From the NCBI GenBank assembly GCA_964035545.1, contig CAXIUT010000186.1, positions 1 to 16,796 on the forward strand: DNA of 16,796 nucleotides, read 5' to 3'. The stretch comes from Bugula neritina (Eukaryota; Animalia; Bryozoa). A model generated the notes under the pieces. It was given only the letters and a program-made list of their open reading frames with translations, was not told the origin of the DNA and made no database searches. Positions within the stretch are counted from its first letter, which is position 1. The number at the start of each line of letters is the position of its first letter. A program made the translations under genes and the position numbers. This document shows positions 1-10,900 of this stretch, one piece after another.

Positions 1-1504
1 CTAACTCTTCTTGGTGCAATAACAAAAAATAACTCACCAAAAATATATAAATTCATAATAGAAAGAATTTAAGGAAAAACTCAGCTTTTATGACTTCTGT
101 TCCCATCTCACCAGCAAAAGAAAATAACTACCTAGCCTACAATCCCTAAGTCAATAGAAACCTGCCCATAACAGACTACTTCATCTATTCCTCTCATAAC
201 ACTTATCTCGAAGGAAACCAACTAACCAGCGACTCTAAAGTCTAAAGATACATCTAGGATCTTAATGACGGGATCAATGTGTTTAGATCGATGTGCATGA
301 TTCAGGAGATATTCCTATAGTAACCCATGCAGTCAAAGGAATGTATTTGAATAAAGCTATTGAGTTTTAAGATGTTATTAGATAAATAGCTGCCTTCTGC
401 AATACTCATAAACAGTTCGATCCCATCTTTTTATCAATAGAGAACCATACCTGTATCAGCAATAGGTATAAAAATGGTAAATATAATCCTAAAATACCTA
501 TAAAAATATTTATTTACATTAGAAGGATAGAATAGTTAAACTCTTAAATGCAAAACTCTAGGATAGCTCAGAAATAAAGTCATAATAAAGACAGATTCAA
601 GTATATATAGTATACTTAACTTAAAAAAGAAAAAACCAGAATTATCAAGACCACTAGTCAACTTAAATCCTCCCTCTCACAAAACAATTCGACAAATCTA
701 ACTTCCAAGTCAGGTATTAAAAATTTTAATAAATGACCAATAGATTAAATCAAAGAAAGTAATAATTTATAAACTAACTACCGGTTGGATACTTTCTTGG
801 AGTATAAGATCAAATGGCTAAAGTTACATCCTTATTCAAATTCTTCCAATGGAATCAAAAACAATAACTCGTTATTTTATTAAAGCACCAGTCTAACCAG
901 TAAGGCTGTATAAAAATTAAACAGAAATTAAAGTATAACATATACAAAAAGGTCATTTTTTAAGAGTATATCCTGTGGCAACATAAAGTCCACCAGTAAA
1001 AACTATGATCCCATTCCAGGTCTAATGGTAGGAGCACAACTAATTGCTCTTAATACTCAGACCAACGACGAGTATGCCTGGCTGATGATGTCTTATTTCA
1101 CTGCTGGAGGCAACAACTAAATCCAAAGAATGGGCTTTATCTAAAAGCCTTTATACCTTCGTTCTAGTGCCTAAAGAGACAACATCATGAAGAAGATATA
1201 AATAAGTGTACTATCTAATAACTATGATGTGAGTATTAGGTTTTACGGTAGTTAGTAGGACAAGAAGAGAAATAAAGATAGTGAGTATAGTTTTATGGTG
1301 AGAGATTATTGTTAGGCTTTTTTTATGTTTTAAATATAGTAAAATTTAAGAGATTGTATTCCTGTTAGATTCATGCGTCAAGGATATCGAGTTATTATTG
1401 GTAGAAATTCAAATTATAGTGATTGTGGAGCCAGAATATTACTCAAAATCAAAATGAAACTAATACCTGCAGCCATAGATCTAGATATCAAAAACAATCG
1501 TTGA
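1..1504 (+). CDS. PLC: Phosphoinositide-specific phospholipase C (X box, Y box, degenerate C2), 5'-truncated, with several 1-nt frameshifts
   Basis: With TAR=Glu it reads LPITDYFIYSSHNTYLEGNQLTSDSKVE...CVEIDVHD..PIVTH...PIFLSIENH (X box), LGELRNKVIIK, HFLRVYP...NYDPIPGLMVGAQLIALNTQT...GFIEKPLYLR (Y box) and CIPVRFMRQGYRVI (C2 end). Stop is TGA 1502-1504. Frameshifts near 277, 460 and 975. Confidence 0.92.
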
Positions 1505-1858
1505 TTCAGAATTATTTATTATTACTGAATAATCTTAATTTTTAATATGGTAAATAAATATGGATAATATTATGGTAAATAAATACAATAAGAAAGGTTC
1601 AATCATTTCTGAAAATGTCCAAAGAAAAGAAATTATTATCAAATTTTTTATAAATACTTACATCTCTTCCTTAAAGAAACCAACTATTTATCATGTTTCT
1701 CAACAATAATAGCAACCCATCAGTCCAACCAGTCATCGATTAGTTTTTACTAAAATATAAAAAGTTTGTCTACTCCAAACATTGAGCACGAATCATCCCC
1801 ACGATATTCCTTCTAGTAATACGTCAAAGGCACCTCGCCCTACTCACTACTACTACCA

Positions 1859-2613
1859 TCATCTCCTTAAATCTTAGAAAAATAACCCAAAGGCTAGGGA
1901 ATATCCTTTGGCTACTACCTTATCAACTTCTACTACCTTATCGACTTCGACTACCTTGTCAACTTCTACTATCTTGTCAACTTCTTCTACTATTTTGCCA
2001 GTTTCTTCTTCTTGATTATTCTTACACTTTTATTTCCCTTTAAAACAAAAAAGGATCATTCAACTTTTAAGATTGCATTCGAGAAGGAATATTTCTTACT
2101 TATCTTTATGGTTATTTGACTCGATGTGATTTGTCATTCAAGGTATGCTTTCTGTAAGACCTTGTTTCATCTTTTATTGAACTTTTTATGGTTCGGAGAG
2201 TGTTTAAGATCCAAAAATGAAGCTCCTCTCGCCTGTGGAGTCTTTGATTTTAATTTTTTGTTATTTTTATGTGATTTTTGGACAGATTTAATGGAAGGCA
2301 AATGATGAGTGATAGGCAGATTATCTTTTTGAGTTAATCCAATAGGTACAGTATAACCTTATTCTGTTGTTCTACTTTTCTACACAAAACTATGAGACTT
2401 TCTTGAACTACTCACATCAATAGTTCTACTTTATCTTTACCGATAGCTTTAATGTCTAGAATGATCCTGTTTAGGTTATTCCATATTATACTTACTGAGT
2501 AGATCTTCCATGGTTTGTTCTTGTTGGTTGATCATTTTATAGATATCTTTGATTTGACCTGCTTATTTCTATAGGGCAGATAGTTGGTAGAACTTAGGAG
2601 CTTGACCTTTCAT
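1859..2613 (-). CDS. Hypothetical low-complexity protein with DK(I/V)VEV repeats; 3' end uncertain
   Basis: Minus-strand ATG at 2613 (MKGQAPKFYQLSALEKEAGQIKDIYKMINQQEQTMEDLLSKY...). About 3 frameshift corrections are needed to reach KIVEEVDKIVEVDKVVEVDKVVEVDKVV. The first TGA in that frame is 1859-1861, but the gene could extend to ~1640. Confidence 0.5.
1912..1983. repeat. 18-bp tandem repeat x4 (CTACTACCTTRTCRACTT), coding DK(V/I)VEV on the minus strand
   Basis: Four consecutive units at 1912, 1930, 1948 and 1966. Differences are mostly at synonymous positions. Confidence 0.9.
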
Positions 2614-2632
2614 TATAAGTTATGATTTATAA

Positions 2633-3217
2633 ATGAGAAAAATCAAAACTTGCATAGTAGGCAATTCTGGTATAGGAAAAACTAGTATCTTACAAAGAAT
2701 TCATGAAGGAGTCTTCAAATAAAATACTGCAGGAACAATAGGAGTCGACTACAAATGGTAAAAACGAAAAGTCTCAAACTAATAAGTGAGAATATAACTA
2801 TGTGATACAACTGGACAATAAAAATTTAGATCTGTGGCTAAAAATTTTTATAAAGGATCTGACGGAATGTTTCTAGCCTTTTCAATGAACGATTAAAAGT
2901 CAGTTTAAAGTTTATAGTTTTGGATAAAAGATCTAAGAGAACATCTAAACCCCTAAGTTCCAATTATTTTATTAGGAAACAAATCAGATCTCAACTCGAA
3001 TCTTTCTCCACCTTTATAAAAGATAATCAAAGAGATACAAGAGAGATAAAGTTTTAAATTTTACAAAGTAAGTGCTAAAAATGGTTCGAATATCAAATAA
3101 GCATACTAGACTTTGTTGGTTGAGGCATTAAAGTATAGAAAGAACCATGCATCTGTATAAAGTATGATACTTGAATAAAATAATAAAAAGAAAAAGAAAG
3201 AGAAAAAATGTTGCTGA
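2633..3217 (+). CDS. Rab-family small GTPase, divergent, 194 aa, intronless
   Basis: Uninterrupted frame with TAR=Glu: GNSGIGKTS (G1), TIGVDY (G2), ELCDTTGQEKFRSVAKNFYKG (G3/RabF), IILLGNKSDL (G4), VSAKNGSNIKEAY (G5), and C-terminal KKEKKCC prenylation motif followed by TGA. Confidence 0.95.
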
Positions 3218-3276
3218 TTATTATTCAATTACTTAATCAATAGAATATTAATTTAATTAATTATTTGGTAAACTAA

Positions 3277-3692
3277 ATGACCACAGAAATACAAGTTGTT
3301 GATTTTGATGCTGCTCTTAAAAGAATCGTTCAGACAAGCAATTCTGACTCCCTACTAGCCAAAGGAATCCACGAAGTGAGCAAAGCTCTTGAAAGCAAAG
3401 ACTAAAAAGTGAAAGCTAAATATGTTCTCCTTGCCAAAAACTGTTCAGAAGCTAACTACGTCAAAATCGTTAAAGGACTTGCAGCTCAAAACAAGGTAAA
3501 GATTAATAAATTTAGATTCCTGTTTATACAATCGATGAAGGAGAGACTTTGGGAGAATGGCTTGGAATTTCGAAAGTTGACAAGAACGGAAACGTGACCA
3601 AGAAGAGAAAATGTTCCTCAGTTGCCATTCGTGACTTTTCGACTGACGTTAAAGAAGAAGAAAAGAAGATCTTCCTGGCTAAACTGGGCTGA
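3277..3692 (+). CDS. RPS12: 40S ribosomal protein S12 (eS12), one 20-nt intron (3496-3515)
   Basis: DFDAALKRIV...LAKGIHEVSKALE...YVLLAKNCSEANYVKIVKGLA..KIPV..GETLGEWLGISKVDKNG..KKRKCSSVAIRDF matches the eS12/L7Ae family. Removing the GT..AG intron restores the frame. Ends in TGA TGA TGA. Confidence 0.95.
3496..3515 (+). other. 20-nt spliceosomal intron in RPS12 (phase 0)
   Basis: gtaaagattaataaatttag; its removal joins ...AQNK to IPVYTID in the conserved frame. Confidence 0.92.
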
Positions 3693-3976
3693 TGATGATT
3701 ATTAACTATAATCAAAAGAGGATGCCCTAGTTGCGAAAGCAGCTAGCCTATTTAAAACACGACAGGGATTCCCTATCGACTTTACTACTATCAAATCCAT
3801 CCATCCATAACACCCTCAAACAAAATAATTGAACAAAAATATCTCAATTACGTGATAGCATTCGTAAAATAAACGACCATCCAATGTCACTAAGACGATG
3901 TCAAACGATAGCAATCGAGCCAGTCAGATGATTTTCATCATTTCGAGTATCATAAGCAATATTATGGAAACATACA

Positions 3977-5023
3977 TCACAGATCAAGAATACCGTCAAA
4001 TGGATTTTTTGAATTATATTTCGAACCTCCCTATTTCTTTGGCTTCTTATTCTTCTAAACTTCTTATGAACTCTTCTTTTACTTCTTAGAAACGTTTCCT
4101 TTCTCACCTTTTTATGATTATTTTTTATCATATTTAGGATCTTCATCGCTTGATATTGATTGTTTTTTCTTGATATCTTTAAATACCTATGAGCCTTTTT
4201 CTTTTTCCTTTGATTTAAATTATTTTTTCTTAATATTTTCAATAGTTTTCCCGCTTTCTTTTTCAACAAACCTTCTCTTATTATCTCGATTTTTTTATTT
4301 TTTTCCTTTCTAGCCATTTGTACTCTTCTAAAAATTGTTTTCTGCAACCTTAATTCTTATAAAATCTTGATCATCATACCCATTTTCAACATAATCATAT
4401 GCAGTTTTGATATTATACTAGAAGCTCATATCTCTCCTTTTCTTGAGTAGCCATCACCTTCACAATATTACCTCCTTTCTTAGCTTTAGTTTTCAAAAAT
4501 TCCATCTCCTAAAAGAGATAATCAACATTTTATGAATAGACATCCAACCAAACTTCATCAACCCAACGAGCATTTAACTAGTCCAAACGATCTAGCTCTA
4601 AATCAAGATCACGTTTGGATGGACGATAAGTCTTTTTAACTTTCTCAGACTTGATATCTAAGGGTTTAAGATAGGTTTGCGGTGGTGATTTTGGTGAGGA
4701 AGAAAGATCAGGAGAGTCAGGACTATCCGAATCAGTATAGTCGACCCATTCTAAATAGTTAGAGGTGTACTTTTACTTTTAGGCCCAGACTTCATCAAGT
4801 TTTCAGAGATAATATCTATATAATTTGAACTGATCTTATATTTTATACTAATATATTTACAATCTAACCTTAGGGAGTCATCATCTTGTCTCCTAAATTC
4901 ATAAAATAAAACCAATGCATGATGCTTTCAATCAGAACCATTCCGTTTCACATCAATAACATACTTAAAAGTTAATATCATAAATAGACCTATAATGAGT
5001 AAAATAAGGAGTAAAATAGTCAT
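3977..5023 (-). CDS. Hypothetical protein with an N-terminal hydrophobic signal/anchor and a Lys/Glu-rich C-terminus
   Basis: ATG at 5023 gives MTILLLILLIIGLFMILTFKY. Continues ...DSDSPDSPDLSSSPKSPP...LDRLDELNARWVDEVWLDVY... to KYNSKNPFDGILDL-TGA (3977-3979). About 3 frameshifts; possible 21-nt intron at 4848-4868. Confidence 0.6.
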
Positions 5024-5072
5024 TTAATTAAATATAGATCTCTTTCCATTTGATTAATAAATAATTTTATCC

Positions 5073-6333
5073 ATGACAACCAGCTAGAAGGTCAAATTGA
5101 CTGACATCGTTACTTCAAAATAAGTTCACAATAAGAAACGTGGTCCTTTATTCACTCTCAGCAACTCATTCAAGCGAAACACTATCTTCACATAAACATC
5201 TCATCCTTCCAAACTATCATGTACTCCTCCAATTAAGTAGATTAAACCAGATTACCTGAGCTGAAGTTGTCTCGCAGGGACATATCGTATATGTTGAAAT
5301 ATTTACTGGGCAAAGAAAGTATCAATCAACCTGATAGAAATTTGATTCGACGTATTCTAGTGGGAAGTATCGATGAAGAGTTTATCCAGGCTGGCAGTCA
5401 AAATTTTGTCAATTATATCGAGTAAATGATAGATTATTCAGGATGATGGAAGGTAAAGAAGGTCACTATCTACATCCAGAAAAAAAAATGTTTTATATGG
5501 TCCTTAAAGGATCAATAGCCATCACTACTATGGATTATTAGTATTAGAAGAAGGAAGGAGATACTTTTGGATAGCTGTAATTTCTATCTGGAACATCAAT
5601 ATAGGAAATATACTTCCTTAAAAATAGCCTTCTGATCACTATGTAATAATAGCATTTCAAAACTTTCTTTCTCCCGAAAATACATAATACATATTGTGAA
5701 AGATAACAATAGTTATTGTCTTTACAATTGGTTCTTGATTCGATTCCTGTGTTTGGTAAATATTTGTTTTTATCTAAATATCAAAGCAAAGTCTACAGAA
5801 TGGGAGAGAAAGTAGTAGAAAGAGGAGAAGTAGTTCGATACGTGCATGTAATAGGATAAAAAATGAAAGGAGAAAAGGTCAGATGTGTGAAAGGATGTAT
5901 TGGTTTATAATAAATTCAAAAATAGATAAGATGTTATCAGGAAACAATCTATTCTCCATCAAATAATATAAAAATACCATTTTTTAATAAATAAGATGTC
6001 CAAAAATATATACTAGATAGTATAAATTCTTTAAGATCAACTTCTAAATTTAATAGTAAACTAAATAGATCATCAATACTAGGCCAATCTAGTCTACAAG
6101 AATCGATTGTTTTTGATAATCCTTAGATGAAAACAACTAGTTTTATGAAAACAAAACGTGTCAAATTAGGTTAAAAAAGATCAAATACTGAGAGTTCTTT
6201 TCCCATAGAAAGTTAATTCAAATTTTTAAAATCTACCAGATTTGGTAAAATATCAAAAAACATTGATTTATAGCCAAGAAAAAGAAACTATTCTATTTGT
6301 CAGAAAAAAAATAAATCCTTCTTTATTAAATGA
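5073..6333 (+). CDS. Cyclic nucleotide-binding (cNMP/CAP-ED) domain protein
   Basis: MFYMVLKGSIAI...KKEGDTFG[TAG=E]LEFL matches the CNB-domain pattern FYxILKGSV...GDxFGE. A second degenerate domain follows (VYRMGEKVVERGEVVRYVHVI). The frame is intact from ~5440 to TGA 6331-6333, with two frameshifts upstream. Confidence 0.75.
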
Positions 6334-6347
6334 ATCTTTATCTATGA

Positions 6348-6460
6348 TCATTTATACTATCAACATTGATATAGTCATTTATACTATCAACATTGATATA
6401 GTCATTTATACTATCAACATTGATATAGTCATTTATACTATCAACATTGATATAGTCATT
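6348..6460. repeat. 27-bp perfect tandem repeat x4.2 (TCATTTATACTATCAACATTGATATAG) between convergent genes
   Basis: Four identical units plus a partial one. Lies between the cNMP gene stop (6333) and the minus-strand gene stop (6506). Confidence 0.95.
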
Positions 6461-6505
6461 AATATAGTCATATAGTTTAAATATTATTAATAATTGATCA
6501 CTATA

Positions 6506-7387
6506 TCACTTGAACTTCCTTCCATAGGTCACTGATCTTTGCTTTTTAGGTGGCTAAGTAGCAAAAAACTGTTTTCCACCTTATTCTTTCTTTTACTATT
6601 CATAGTTGTAATCATTTTCTTCAATTTAGACTTCTTTTGTTCCCAAAGAAGGCAACATTCTCTTATGTTTTCCACTAGGTATCTTCTTATCATTCGTAAC
6701 TTTATTTCTAATGATGTCTTATCTGTTATAGTGACTAACCAATCCTTTTTTGAACCTATCAGTACTATTATTTAATGATCGATTCAGAGATCTGTTGGAG
6801 ATGGTACTTCTATTTTGACTAGCAAATTTTTATGATCTAAAATAGATGATGTTAATACTTAAGAGATACCCTGTTGTTTTAGTTGGCATATTTAGTAATT
6901 CTATCTTTTATTTTTTAAGCCTTAGCATAATCATTAAGCATTCTTTCTTTACCCAAATTGGATGACACAGATTTCATTTTAAAATAAATGCGACTATTTT
7001 ATTTTTCAGTTTAGATGATTTTTCTTTTAGTATTGGGTTTGATAAAACTAGAATTAGATTATCTCTGAGGTCGATCAGTGGATGAGTAGGATGTGTATCT
7101 CGTAAAGGCTTTAACTTTATCAAGTTTAGTTAAAAATTTAACATTACTCTGATTGATCTGGATACTGTGTTCATTAAATTTATGGGCAAAAGATTTACTT
7201 TTGGATTATCTGATTTGTTGCAATTGTGTCTGTCTGCTGATTGGATTATTTAGTTGACTTTTCCTTTCTTGTCTTATTCTTTATAGCTTTTTGAGATGGT
7301 TCTAGTGCTAGCTGAATAGATAAGACTTTACATTTTATGGTTGAGGAGGTCGTTGACTGCTGGAGGCCTCATGTATGCTGATTTCAT
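6506..7387 (-). CDS. CFAP97/Hemingway (KIAA1430-like) coiled-coil protein, putative; 22-nt intron at 6837-6858
   Basis: ATG at 7387. The segments IQINQSNVKFLTKLDKVK and KRKIIETEKENSRIYFKMKSVSSNLGKERMLNDYAKAEKIKDRITKY resemble the two helices of the KIAA1430 domain (recognised by eye). The intron restores the frame to TGA 6506-6508. At least one frameshift in the 5' part. Confidence 0.55.
6837..6858 (-). other. 22-nt spliceosomal intron
   Basis: Minus strand gtattaacatcatctattttag; removal gives CTT AA|A TCA and an open frame to the stop. Confidence 0.7.
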
Positions 7388-7990
7388 TGTAACTTATAAT
7401 AAATATATTGCAAGTTATTAGTTAATTCAAATAAATATTAACATCAATTAATAACACAATATAATCTTCATCTTTAATGAATTAATTTAATTAATAATAT
7501 TTTATCTTAGATATTATCTTAGTATGGCATAAGAATAGATGTTATAAATAAAATAGCAACATATAGTTATCAAATAATCATAATCAATAAATATAAATGT
7601 CTTTTGGGACTATTGAAAGGGATGTGATAAAATAATATTGATAACTTTCAAAAAGTAGAGTAATATATCAGATAATACTTTAAATAATTCAATAGCAGAC
7701 TTTAAATGGTCGTCATTATGTTGAAAATAAAAAACTGTTAGAATAATATCCATTTAGAGAAGTTAAAGATATCTATATTAATAAAAGGTAATTATTTTAG
7801 TTCTTTTGTTTCAATTTATAATATAGAAACAAATTATAATTTGAACTTTTAATAACATTAAATACCATAAAAAAGTCAATATTTCTTGCCATATCAAAAT
7901 TAACAAATACTAAAATCAAATAATTAGCTATTATAGCTGTATATTACTATATTACTGTTGTTTTATATTTAAATTATAGAATTTCTAAAT

Positions 7991-10900
7991 ATGAAGAACA
8001 AAATCACCATCTCAACTCTCCTCCTCTTCACCATCCTTTCGACTACCGCTAGCGCCCACTAGGCTGGAGACATATCTGGCCTAGTTACTGGTACAATCGA
8101 CCTCCAGCCCAACGAACTCATCAACATCAACACCTCAAAACAATACTCTCTTACTTTTCCATAAACAACAGGAAACGCAGCAGTCAGCTACGCACTAGGT
8201 ACTTGATCTCATATTTTAGCTTTGGCTGGATTCTAATGCAGAGCAAATCAATCATACTACACCGTATTACTGAAAAATATATCAATAACCAACAACATCG
8301 GACTATCATTTACTTTGTTTTTCGTATCAGAGGCAGGAGTAACTACCAGTTGGTTCAAATTGAAATGGACCTATCTAGTAGTCTCATCAACTCTTGACTA
8401 AACCTACTCGAACATATGGGCCAGCTATTTATAATTCAATACCACAGGCCAAACCATTCAAAATATACCCATCGGAAATCTACCAGAATTTATAGCCAAT
8501 GGAGGAGCACCAGCAGATTGCAACATCTATATCGATCCCTTGATGCAAGTCGACCTTTCAGGATGCGCAGCAGCACCAGCAACTACCAAACACTAAGGTG
8601 GAAAACCTATCATCCACGCATACATATCCGGATACTCTTTATCATACTGCCCTCAAAAACCAAATCCAGTCTCAGTCAAAAAAGGAAACCCCTCTTTTCC
8701 TTACTCAGATTCCCAAGGATGGACATTTGCTTATGGCTCTAACGTTCTTAATGGTCCTAAAATAACCATTCCCACCTCACAACTCCTTCACATACAAATA
8801 TCATTCCTTGTAGTTAGAATGGACTTCTATGCTGATAACTACCCTCTCAACTCCCAACTACTCTACAGTTCAAGCCACGTCTTCACAGATGTCGACCAGT
8901 ATAACACTATTATACCATTGAGTCAAACTGCCACCTACAACAGCAACTATTTCTAACTGCCTGATGTAAAATATATAATATACGGATTGTCTGGCTTCAG
9001 TTTCAGCAAAGCCATCACCTCTGTTTTCTCTTTCGATTTGCAACTAAATAAAAATAACTTTATGGCAATGAATCCCTACAATTCAATAGAACAAGTGTTA
9101 GTGTCAGGTGATATGTTCATCAAAAATATATAACAAATTTGTAATGCTAAAAATAACTAAATTTCTCATACTGGAGTCATTCAAGCTACAGATTCCAGGC
9201 CTGTTGGTCTTCCTCTGTCTAGTGGAATATCAACAAGCATAGCCTCTTCAGATTATACAGACAGTCCCAATCCTTTAGTATCTTGGAATCTAGCTTAAGG
9301 AACCAATCAAAACGAATAAATAGCATTTACTCACACCCTTTGGTACTCAAATATCACCCAACAATCAACAGTTAGACTATAAATCAAATACTTTTAGCAA
9401 CCCAATGTCCCTTCGACTTTAGTCAACAACTCTCAGTACCACCTAGTCGTCAAGTTGAACTCAATTGTAGTCTTTGATTAAGTCTACACTCATATAGTCC
9501 AAACACAGCCTTATGTCTCTCCCACCTTCTTCAGAGCACTTCCTCTACCAGCAGGCAGAATATAAGTATAAACCATTCTAACCTTCAATTCTAATATTCT
9601 GGACCAAAAAATTTACATCTTAACTGCAGTATATTCATATTCTTCTGTCTATAATATAAATACGAAACACTGTGCTCCTCTCTGCCCATCATCTTCTGGC
9701 ATCAACGCCAATCTCCTCCCAATAACCTGCTTTACCTGTTAAAAGCCTAATATGGTCTATAGTATCATCAACGCCAGCTGCATTTGCCGACCAGGAACTT
9801 ACTTTAACACTGCTGATAATATCTGTCAACCTTGTGGTCTGAACTGTCTCAACTGCGATCCTCTAGAACCAACTATTTGCTACTCTTGTAACCCACCAAC
9901 ATAATTAAATAATAATTCTCAATGTTCATGCCTGAATAACCAATATCTGGCCACTTCTTTCTGCGTCAATTGTCCATCTTAATGTAAAACATGTTCAGCC
10001 AGTGGCTGTCTAACCTGCAATACCAAACCCTGTCAATGTGCTAGCAGTTATTTTGATCAATCAATCAATGATTGCGCAATCTGCGATTCCCATTGTCTAA
10101 CATGCAATCAAAATAACTCCTGTCTATCTTGTATTCCCAATCAAAACAGACTATTCACTAACAACCAATGCAAGTGTATCAATGGATCATACTAAACTCC
10201 CTCAGGTCTCTGTCATTCTTGCTCTTAGCTATGTCTAACATGCTAGACCTCAGCTACCAGTTGCACTTCATGCAATGCCAACGCCAATCGAATTCTCAAC
10301 GGATTTGTTTGCGTCTGCGCACCAGGATATATCTAATAAGGTCTAATATGTGTTCAGAAATCATGCCAATATGATCCTATCTGTGCATAATGTTCCCATA
10401 TCGTCAATAACACATATCTATGCCTTTCCTGCGTGCAAAGATTGAATAGATATCTCAATACAACACTCAACAAATGCATCTGCAATAATCAATACTACTA
10501 ATCTGGCGGTATCTGCCTTCCTTGTGCTTCTGGATGCCAAATCTGTCTCAATTCTACGATATGTATAGTATGTGCTTCGTTGTCTGTCTCTTAGGAAAAC
10601 GGGTCGTGCATCTGTCCTAATACTACCTTTCTTGATAGTACGCCATAAGGATTGTTGTATTGCAATCATTGTCCACCATTGTGTCAGAGTTGTCTGAATC
10701 AAAGTGTCTGTTTGACGTGTATCGAAAATGCATAATCATCTGGAGATAATTGCAGCTGCTAGGATGGTTATTTTTATAATAGTAAATGTAAAAAATGTCA
10801 AAAATGCTCAGATAATTGCCTGATTTGCAATTAAAATTCATGCCTAAAGTGTAAACCTCCACTATTTATTTTATCAGGTAAATGCTACCTCTATCCACCT

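Noticed and set aside
714-743. 30-nt GT..AG candidate intron in the PLC X-Y linker
   Set aside because: It is in frame, has no stop, and is longer than the local intron class, so it is not needed to explain the ORF.
1546-1585. 15-bp direct repeat TATGGTAAATAAATA x2 downstream of PLC
   Set aside because: Short AT-rich duplication with no terminal inverted repeat or element between the copies; not supportable as a transposon footprint or IES.
3689-3745. Hammerhead ribozyme (CTGATGA, stem, GAAA)
   Set aside because: The stem after CTGATGA is followed by AAAG rather than GAAA, stems I and III are not evident, and CTGATGA is explained by the tandem stop codons.
284-5574. Standard ciliate code (UAR=Gln) or the split code UAA=Lys/UAG=Glu
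   Set aside because: TAA occupies the conserved Glu of Rab GQE and NIKEA, and TAG occupies conserved Glu sites in PLC and the cNMP domain. Gln or Lys fits these columns poorly.
6348-6460. CRISPR array or the coding repeat IVIYTINID
   Set aside because: No spacers, a eukaryotic context, and the repeat lies beyond both flanking stop codons.
270-7300. Programmed ribosomal frameshifting (Euplotes-like) as the cause of the frameshifts
   Set aside because: Shifts go in both directions, mostly at short homopolymers, with no shared AAA-stop motif, and are absent from the 4.8-kb gene. Sequencing indels are the simpler explanation.
7390-7990. Possible small gene in the 600-bp AT-rich gap (ATG 7524)
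   Set aside because: Early TGA, extreme AT content and no recognisable motif. TGA-free stretches are expected by chance in a one-stop code.
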